From IMG/VR virus record IMGVR_UViG_3300022589_000019, positions 5,169-69,168 of that record: a stretch of DNA of 64,000 bases; one strand, 5' to 3'. The notes beneath the pieces were generated by a model that saw only the letters and a list, made by a program, of their open reading frames with translations, was not told the DNA's origin and searched no databases. Of this stretch, positions 57,586-64,000 are shown one piece after another. This DNA comes from a virus. Taxonomy: Duplodnaviria; Caudoviricetes. The position numbers and the translations under genes were made by a program. Each line of letters begins with the position of its first letter. The first letter of the stretch is position 1.

Positions 57586-57846
57586 GTGGAAATCAACATC
57601 ACAACTGTTGCGGCTACTATTACCGCTTTGGGAGTCATTTTTGGTGCTGTGTTCGCCATTTACAAATGGTTCCTCAAGCAGGAAAAGCAAGACCGTGACA
57701 TCAAAGCCATTAAGGAAGAGCAGACCGTGCTTGTTCACGGTGTCCTTGCTTGCCTTATGGGTTTGAAGGAACAAGGGTGCAATGGCCCCGTCACAGAAGC
57801 CATTGAGCAGATCGAAAACCATATCAACAAACAGGCACACAAATAA
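57586..57846 (+). CDS. Small membrane/coiled-coil lysis-cassette protein
   Basis: GTG start after GGAGG; N-terminal hydrophobic helix. Confidence 0.75.
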   Translation: MEINITTVAATITALGVIFGAVFAIYKWFLKQEKQDRDIKAIKEEQTVLVHGVLACLMGLKEQGCNGPVTEAIEQIENHINKQAHK

Positions 57847-57858
57847 GGAGGTAGTGCT

Positions 57859-58155
57859 ATGACAACTTTTGAAATCGCAACCATCCCCGCATTGGCGGCA
57901 ATCGTGTACACCATCATCGACATCGTCAAAACCGCTATGGGCGGAGACGAGAAGTTCAAGAGGTTTATTCCTCTCATCGCCTGCGTACTTGGCGCAGTTT
58001 GCGGTGTCATCGCATTTTACTTCGTCCCCGGTGTAATGGGTACGGAGAACTTGCTCGTTGCTATTATCCTCGGCTCTGCAAGCGGTCTCTCTGCGACCGG
58101 CACGAACCAGGCTGTAAAGCAGCTCACCAAACCCACCACAAAGGAGGACAAGTAA
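57859..58155 (+). CDS. Holin
   Basis: Three hydrophobic helices, KRFIPLIA, GLSATGTNQ, basic C-terminus. Confidence 0.88.
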   Translation: MTTFEIATIPALAAIVYTIIDIVKTAMGGDEKFKRFIPLIACVLGAVCGVIAFYFVPGVMGTENLLVAIILGSASGLSATGTNQAVKQLTKPTTKEDK

Positions 58156-59202
58156 ATGACTCTTTATAAGCTGATTCTCACTGAAAACGCCTGCTACAAG
58201 GCGGGCAGAAAAATTGCCGTTAAAGGCATTATGGTTCACTCTACCGGAGCGAACAATCCCACCCTCAAGCGCTATGTCGGTCCCGATGACGGAAGACTCG
58301 GCAAGAACCAGTACAACAACCACTGGAACACCTATCATCCGGGTGGTCGTGAAGTTTGCGTTCACGCTTTCATCGGCAAACTGGCTGATGGCTCTGTTGC
58401 CACGTACCAAACACTTCCTTGGGATCATCGTGGTTGGCACGCCGGAGGCTCTGCTAATAACACGCACATCGGCTTTGAAATTTGCGAAGACGCTCTCACC
58501 GATGCGACCTACTTCAAGAAGGTCTATACCGAGGCTGTGGATCTGTGTGTTCATCTTTGTAAAGAATTCGGTCTCACCGAAAAGAACATCATCTGCCACA
58601 GCGAAGGTTACAAGCGCGGTGTTGCTTCTAACCACGGCGACGTTATGCATTGGTTTCCGAAACACGGCAAGTCTATGGATACCTTCCGTGCAGATGTTGC
58701 CATGAAGCTGAAGGCGGCCTCTACACCCACGACTACCGGAAAGCCTACTACTTCCACTACCACAACCGTTACCACCGCTATCAAGGAGGGTGATAAGGTG
58801 GAGTTCAAGGCTGAAGCTGAAACCTACAATCCTACCACCAAGACCATCCCTTCCTGGGTGAAGAACTACTATCACATCGTAACGCAGACCACCTACAAGG
58901 GTAAGCCTGTTGTGAAGGGTGGCAAGACTTGCGTTCTGCTCGGCAAGAAGGTCAAGAAGGACGGTGGTGAGATTGTTGCAGGTGTTAACACCTGGACAGC
59001 AATCGACAACCTTAAGGTTGTATCCGGTGCGGTAAAGGTTGAGGAGACCTACCGCATCCACACCGTAGTCCACGGAGACACGCTGTGGGCGATTGCCAAG
59101 AAGTATCTCGGTGATGGAAACCGCTATCCTGAAATCGTAAAGCTGAACGGTCTCAAGTCCAATGTGATCTACAGCGGTAACAAACTGAAAATCCCTAACT
59201 AA
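58156..59202 (+). CDS. Endolysin: N-acetylmuramoyl-L-alanine amidase plus SH3-like and LysM domains
   Basis: MVHSTGANN, CVHAFIG, WHAGG, IGFEICE, SNHGD; HTVVHGDTLWAIAKKY. Confidence 0.95.
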   Translation: MTLYKLILTENACYKAGRKIAVKGIMVHSTGANNPTLKRYVGPDDGRLGKNQYNNHWNTYHPGGREVCVHAFIGKLADGSVATYQTLPWDHRGWHAGGSANNTHIGFEICEDALTDATYFKKVYTEAVDLCVHLCKEFGLTEKNIICHSEGYKRGVASNHGDVMHWFPKHGKSMDTFRADVAMKLKAASTPTTTGKPTTSTTTTVTTAIKEGDKVEFKAEAETYNPTTKTIPSWVKNYYHIVTQTTYKGKPVVKGGKTCVLLGKKVKKDGGEIVAGVNTWTAIDNLKVVSGAVKVEETYRIHTVVHGDTLWAIAKKYLGDGNRYPEIVKLNGLKSNVIYSGNKLKIPN

Positions 59203-59208
59203 TACTTT

Positions 59209-59252
59209 GACGCCCATCGTTCCTTTTCAGGTTCGGTGGGCGTTATTTTTTT
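59209..59252 (+). terminator. Intrinsic terminator after the endolysin
   Basis: gacgcccatcg...cggtgggcgtt plus T7. Confidence 0.75.
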
Positions 59253-59279
59253 GCCCAAAATAAAAAAGTTATCTAAAAT

Positions 59280-59312
59280 ACCTCCCCAAAACAGCCTTGA
59301 AATCTCCGTAGA
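59280..59312 (+). promoter_or_regulatory. Putative promoter for the phage sigma-like factor, copy 2
   Basis: ACCTCCCCAAAAC-N10-TCTCCGTAGA immediately before the RBS of the recombinase module. Confidence 0.65.
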
Positions 59313-59331
59313 CATGAAGGAGGTGTTTTCT

Positions 59332-59748
59332 TTGACCAATGAACAGAAAAACATCATAACCTCTATGCGCGGAGAAGGATACGGTTATGCCGCCATTGCG
59401 AGTGTCTTGGATATCTCAAAAAACACAGTAAAAACCTTCTGTAACAGAAATGGTCTCGCCGGCAAACGGCAGGAAGAAAACAAACTGGTTCTTCCTGAAA
59501 ATGTTTGTAAATATTGTGGCGCATCTTTAATTCATACGGAGGGTCATAGAAAGAAGCAGTTCTGCAGCAAGAAGTGTAGTAACGCTTGGTGGAATGCCCA
59601 AGCAGCAAAAAACACAGCAAAGAACAAGGCACATACCTGTCCCGGCTGTGGAAAAGAGTTTTATTCAAGTGGTAAGAAAATCCGCAAATACTGCACCTTT
59701 GATTGCTACATCAATGACCGCTTTCATAAGGGCGGTGATGCCGTATGA
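59332..59748 (+). CDS. HTH plus double zinc-finger protein (candidate recombination directionality factor)
   Basis: GYGYAAIASVLDISKNTVKTFC; CKYC...FCSKKC; CPGC...YCTFDC; TTG start after AAGGAGG. Confidence 0.78.
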   Translation: MTNEQKNIITSMRGEGYGYAAIASVLDISKNTVKTFCNRNGLAGKRQEENKLVLPENVCKYCGASLIHTEGHRKKQFCSKKCSNAWWNAQAAKNTAKNKAHTCPGCGKEFYSSGKKIRKYCTFDCYINDRFHKGGDAV

Positions 59749-59975
59749 CAAAAGCACAATTTGAGCGTGAACGGCTATATCAACTTACAATGGCAACCTT
59801 CAAAACTCTCCTGGTTCGAGGCACGATAACAGCCGATGAATACGGCATAATTGATACAAAGATGCGGGCAAAATACTCTCCATTATTAGGTAGTTTATAC
59901 CCTCAAAATGACTTGATAAATCAAGGAAATGACGGTAATATGTGTAACACCGAAGATGTATCTGATGGTGACTAA
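59745..59975 (+). CDS. SHOCT-like small protein of the recombinase cassette
   Basis: LLVRGTITADEYGIIDTKMRAKY. Confidence 0.78.
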   Translation: MTKAQFERERLYQLTMATFKTLLVRGTITADEYGIIDTKMRAKYSPLLGSLYPQNDLINQGNDGNMCNTEDVSDGD

Positions 59976-59992
59976 TAAAGGAGGTGTTCCGT

Positions 59993-61306
59993 ATGAAAAA
60001 GACAATACGGGTTATTGAACCCACCATACCGCTTCTCAAAAAGAAAAAGCGTGTTGCTGCGTATGCTCGTGTTTCTTCCGGCAAGGACGCAATGTTAATG
60101 TCCTTGTCTGCACAGGTCAGTTACTATAGCGAACTGATTCAAAGAAACTCCGAATGGGAATACGCAGGGGTCTATGCCGATGAAGCAACGACCGGCACAA
60201 AAGAAGACCGTACTAATTTTCAGAAACTACTTAAGGCTTGCCGCAACGGTGAAATCGATATTATTCTTACGAAGTCAATTTCAAGATTTGCGAGAAATAC
60301 TGTTACATTGCTCGAGGCAGTTCGTGAACTAAAAAAGTACGGTGTGGATGTTTATTTTGAGCGTGAGAATATACACTCTTTAAGCGGGGATGGTGAGTTA
60401 ATGCTGACCATCCTCGCTTCTTTTGCCCAGGAAGAAAGCCTATCCGCAAGCGAGAATCAGAAGTGGCGCATCAAAAAGAACTTTGAGGAAGGTAAACCCT
60501 GGACCTATGGAATGTTGGGTTACCGCTACAACGGTGAGTATTATGAGTTAATCCCGGAAGAGGCAGAGGTGGTGCGTAAGATTTTCGCATACTACCTTGA
60601 GGGACTTGGATACAACGCAATCTGCAAACGACTGAACGCTGAAGGTATAGTGACCCGAAACAATAATAAATGGTCGCAGAACAGCGTTTCCAAAATTCTC
60701 AAGAACTACACCTACACGGGAAATCTGCTGTTGCAGAAAACATTTCGTGAAAACCACATCACTAAAAAGACCCGTGTGAATCGTGGCGAGCTGCCGAAGT
60801 ACCACGCAGAAGACACCCACGAGGCTATCGTTGACATTGATACCTTTATGGCGGTGCAGAACGAGATGGCACGAAGACTAAAGGGGTTTGAACATAAATC
60901 CCAGGTTCAAAAGACATATCCATTCACACACAAAATGGTCTGCGATTGCTGCGGAGCTTATTACCGCAGAAAAATCACAAAGACAAGAGTGGTTTGGATC
61001 TGCGCTACATTCAATCAAAAAGGCAAAGCCTTGTGCCAACAATCCAAGCAACTGCCGGAAGAAACGCTTATCGCACTTTGCAACGATGTTCTCGGTCTTG
61101 TGGAGTTCAACGAGCAGATTTTTATAAACAAGGTTTCCAAAATCCGCATACTTGATAACAACCGAGTGCAGTTCCTTCTTTCCAACGGCAAAACAGAGGA
61201 ACGAACCTGGAAAGACCGCTCAAGGTCGGATAGTTGGACGGACGAAATGAAGGAAACCGCACGGCAACGAACACTGCAACGCTACGCACCAAAGGAGGTG
61301 GAATAA
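59993..61306 (+). CDS. Large serine recombinase 1
   Basis: VAAYARVSS, YADEATTG, KSISRFARN, recombinase domain, Zn ribbon. Confidence 0.95.
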   Translation: MKKTIRVIEPTIPLLKKKKRVAAYARVSSGKDAMLMSLSAQVSYYSELIQRNSEWEYAGVYADEATTGTKEDRTNFQKLLKACRNGEIDIILTKSISRFARNTVTLLEAVRELKKYGVDVYFERENIHSLSGDGELMLTILASFAQEESLSASENQKWRIKKNFEEGKPWTYGMLGYRYNGEYYELIPEEAEVVRKIFAYYLEGLGYNAICKRLNAEGIVTRNNNKWSQNSVSKILKNYTYTGNLLLQKTFRENHITKKTRVNRGELPKYHAEDTHEAIVDIDTFMAVQNEMARRLKGFEHKSQVQKTYPFTHKMVCDCCGAYYRRKITKTRVVWICATFNQKGKALCQQSKQLPEETLIALCNDVLGLVEFNEQIFINKVSKIRILDNNRVQFLLSNGKTEERTWKDRSRSDSWTDEMKETARQRTLQRYAPKEVE

Positions 61307-62889
61307 TGGCAAGAGAAGTAAGAGTAATCCCTGCCAGTGTACACAAATTTACGACCGTTCCTTTCGGCTCTACGGTAAGGAAAAAGGTCGCAGGCTACGC
61401 TCGTGTGTCAACCGACCTTGAAGAACAGCTCACAAGCTACGAGGCGCAGGTGGATTACTACACCAAGTACATTCAGAATAATCCTGATTGGGACTTTGTT
61501 GAGGTGTACACAGATGAGGGCATTTCAGCCACCTCCACCAAACGCAGAGACGGCTTCAACCGAATGATTCAAGATGCCTTGGATGGCAAAATCGATTTGA
61601 TTATAACCAAGTCGGTCAGTCGTTTTGCCCGAAACACAGTTGATACCTTGACCACTGTTCGTCAGCTCAAGGAAAAAGGCATCGAGGTATACTTTGAAAA
61701 AGAGAATATTCACACCTTGGATAGCAAGGGCGAATTGCTTATAACCATTATGTCAAGCCTTGCCCAGGAAGAGAGCCGTTCCATTTCCGAGAACGTAACT
61801 TGGGGACAGCGTAAACGCTTCGCTGACGGTAAGGTCAGTATGCCGTATAAACAGTTCCTTGGCTATGACAAAGGCCCCGGCAAACACGGTACACCAGTGA
61901 TAAATGAGAAACAAGCCGAGATTGTGCGCCTTATCTACAGGCTTTTCCTTGAAGGCAAAACACCGAGCGGAATCGCACGATACCTTACCGAACAGCAGAT
62001 ACCGACTCCCGGTGGTAAAACCAAATGGCAATCCGGCACGGTATTCAGCATTCTCACGAACGAGAAATACAAGGGCGATGCCATCTTGCAAAAGTGCTTC
62101 ACAGTGGATTTCCTAACCAAAAAGCAAAAGGTCAACGAGGGCGAAGTTCCGCAATATTATGTTGAGAACAGCCATCCGGCAATTATTGCTCCCGAGGTGT
62201 TTGATATGGTTCAAGCCGAGGTGGAACGCAGACGCACGTTGCCTACAAGGCACAGCGGTGTTGGGTTGTTTGCAAGCCGAATTTTCTGTGGAGATTGTGG
62301 TGCAGCCTTTGGTGCAAAGGTGTGGCATTCCAACGACAAATACCGCAAGGTTATCTACCAATGCAATCATAAGTTCAAGGGCAAAGAAAAATGCTCCACT
62401 CCCAAGTTGGAAGAAGAGCAGATAAAGGAGCTGTTCGTAAAAGCGGTGAACCTTCTGATTGCCGATGCAAAAGAGATAGTCCGAAACTACGAAGAAGTAC
62501 GCCCCTTAATATTTGGCACTGCTTGCTTCGATGCGGAGATTACCGAACTTCAGGAAGAAATGACCGTAACAGCAGAGCTTATTCAAAAGTGTGTGGATGA
62601 GAATGCACACACTGCCATCAACCAAGACAAGTATAAAAAGAAGTATGACGCTTTGGTTAGAAGGTTCGAGAAAGCAAAGCAACGCCTCCAAGAAATTCAC
62701 GACACCAAGCGAGACCGAGAAGCACGGCGCTTACAAACCGACCACTTTATGCGTGAACTCAAAAAGCAAGAAAGCATTATTACAGAGTTCGATGAGGTCT
62801 TGTGGTACACCTTGGTTGACCGCATCACGGTTTACAACGAAACCGACATCCGTTTCACCTTCAAGGATGGAACAGAATACAAAGTATAA
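61306..62889 (+). CDS. Large serine recombinase 2
   Basis: VAGYARVST, YTDEGISA, KSVSRFARN, NEKYKGD, Zn ribbon, coiled coil. Confidence 0.95.
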   Translation: MAREVRVIPASVHKFTTVPFGSTVRKKVAGYARVSTDLEEQLTSYEAQVDYYTKYIQNNPDWDFVEVYTDEGISATSTKRRDGFNRMIQDALDGKIDLIITKSVSRFARNTVDTLTTVRQLKEKGIEVYFEKENIHTLDSKGELLITIMSSLAQEESRSISENVTWGQRKRFADGKVSMPYKQFLGYDKGPGKHGTPVINEKQAEIVRLIYRLFLEGKTPSGIARYLTEQQIPTPGGKTKWQSGTVFSILTNEKYKGDAILQKCFTVDFLTKKQKVNEGEVPQYYVENSHPAIIAPEVFDMVQAEVERRRTLPTRHSGVGLFASRIFCGDCGAAFGAKVWHSNDKYRKVIYQCNHKFKGKEKCSTPKLEEEQIKELFVKAVNLLIADAKEIVRNYEEVRPLIFGTACFDAEITELQEEMTVTAELIQKCVDENAHTAINQDKYKKKYDALVRRFEKAKQRLQEIHDTKRDREARRLQTDHFMRELKKQESIITEFDEVLWYTLVDRITVYNETDIRFTFKDGTEYKV

Positions 62890-62901
62890 GAGCATAAAAC
62901 G

Positions 62902-62943
62902 AACTCCTCACTACCATTATGGCGGTGAGGAGTTTTTCTTTTC
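62902..62943 (+). terminator. Terminator after the recombinases
   Basis: aactcctcac...gtgaggagtt plus T-tract. Confidence 0.8.
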
Positions 62944-62959
62944 TATCTGTTGGTCTGTT

Positions 62960-63178
62960 TTATCTGAATAAGGATCGAGCAATTAAAAAAGCTATAAATC
63001 CCAACCCCAAAAGTGTGTCTATCGCATCCCAACTTGCACCATCAGCAATGAAGAATATTAGCATTATAACTACAATGACTATAACAACCCAGCCACAACC
63101 AAAACCACTGCCGCCGCTACCTCCACCGGAACCACCAGATGTGCTTTTGAAAGCGTGGAAATCGTTCATATCAGGCAT
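62960..63178 (-). CDS. Small Gly/Ser-rich membrane protein
   Basis: SGGSGGGSGGSG followed by two hydrophobic helices; RBS GAGGAG. Confidence 0.7.
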   Translation of the reverse strand: MPDMNDFHAFKSTSGGSGGGSGGSGFGCGWVVIVIVVIMLIFFIADGASWDAIDTLLGLGFIAFLIARSLFR

Positions 63179-63193
63179 ACATTTCTCCTCACT

Positions 63194-63823
63194 TTAACAG
63201 ACAGCCATTGCCGGCATCTGTGTGGATGGTATACTAAGCGACTCTATGAGGTTAAGCACGTTTTTAATTGCTTTCTTTCGCTCGTACTTCTCCATTCTAC
63301 GTTGAGCGCTCTTATACCTTTTCGTACCTTTTCTTGGTGGAGGAGACTCTTTTTTCTTTTGAGGAATATACACTGGGTTAAGCATGCGGAAATAATCGTG
63401 ATCGACTATGTATTGAAGGTAATCAACAATGCTATTCCTTCGGGCATCGCCTTGCAGATGGTATCCACTAATTTCGCTCAAATGGTCTTTGTTTGTTGTG
63501 AAATCGTTTTTATGGTAAAGAACAATTCTGTTCTTTTTATCCAAGGCGATTTTCCATTTGCTTCGGGTTGAGCAGATTGAAATGCACTTGTTTCCCAAGT
63601 AAACAATCAAACCGTTCTTACGACAGAATTCGGTTATTTCGTTATCCTCACGTTTATAGTGTTTAACAAGAGGACTACAGTGCTTACAGAGTCTATATCC
63701 TTGTTCGTAAGCTTCGGTAAGCGTTTCAAACCACCCGATATTATCAATATCGATGTTGTGAACATGGAAGCATTCCATAGAATGGATGATTTTCCTTCTG
63801 CTGTTTTTGCAGTAATAATACAT
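63194..63823 (-). CDS. Hypothetical protein with N-terminal Ada-like metal-binding motif
   Basis: IIH..EC.HV...EA..QGYRLCKHC. Confidence 0.7.
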   Translation of the reverse strand: MYYYCKNSRRKIIHSMECFHVHNIDIDNIGWFETLTEAYEQGYRLCKHCSPLVKHYKREDNEITEFCRKNGLIVYLGNKCISICSTRSKWKIALDKKNRIVLYHKNDFTTNKDHLSEISGYHLQGDARRNSIVDYLQYIVDHDYFRMLNPVYIPQKKKESPPPRKGTKRYKSAQRRMEKYERKKAIKNVLNLIESLSIPSTQMPAMAVC

Positions 63824-63871
63824 TTGTGAACCTTCTTTCTTTTATTTGATACTATCATTATAAAGAAAGAT

Positions 63872-63891
63872 GTGTCCCATAAAACGGACTT
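63872..63891. promoter_or_regulatory. Operator-like box B, copy 3
   Basis: gtgtcccataaaacggactt, identical to 12214-12233; minus-strand TATAAT 9 nt downstream. Confidence 0.7.
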
Positions 63892-64000
63892 TACCTCAAA
63901 AAAGCTTAGTATATTTAAAATTGAAACCCCCATCGGTTTGTTTTCTGTAATTTGAAACCCGCAAGATACCCGTGCAAGACTTTACACCCCATTTTCAGGG

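Larger units (their letters stand above)
1..64000. mobile_element. Prophage (Siphoviridae-like, HK97-type head, large serine recombinase integration module) with flanking cargo; att sites not located
   Basis: Ordered replication, packaging, head, tail, lysis and recombinase genes at 22615-62889. The cargo on both sides shares a 20-bp operator-like box, suggesting it belongs to the element. Boundaries are uncertain. Confidence 0.9.

Noticed and set aside
57526-59217. 563-aa minus-strand ORF over the lysis cassette
   Set aside because: Antisense shadow of the holin and endolysin; no motifs or RBS; explained by codon bias
1-64000. CRISPR array, tRNA or rRNA genes, IS transposases
   Set aside because: No regularly spaced repeat-spacer array, cloverleaf or transposase motifs found by eye

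Overview
The window is almost entirely one temperate siphovirus-type prophage of a Firmicute, probably Clostridia. Its layout resembles what I recall of the Phi-m46.1/PhiSsUD.1-type elements, which end in large serine recombinases. Positions 1-22.2 kb are leftward-transcribed cargo: a Y-family polymerase with YolD, many orphan or membrane proteins, and a defence block (GmrSD-like DUF262, a GIY-YIG/SF2-helicase plus N6-methyltransferase system, an HTH regulator and a NACHT NTPase). Positions 22.6-62.9 kb are the rightward phage core, in order: sigma-like regulator; SNF2 helicase, PolA and primase-helicase; HNH and TerS; a methylation module (SAM synthetase, ParB-N4/N6 MTase, C5 MTase); TerL, portal, ClpP and HK97 capsid; tail; holin and endolysin; two large serine recombinases. 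Two more leftward cargo genes follow. The strongest unannotated signal is a complete SAM-I riboswitch lacking P4, with promoter, terminator and antiterminator, at 37879-38047 on the minus strand. It controls an orphan 99-aa gene and fires antisense into the phage C5 methyltransferase. Other non-coding signals are a bipartite promoter-like motif shared by the replication and excision modules, and two families of palindromic operator-like boxes. All family assignments come from motif recognition by eye; no database searches were run.
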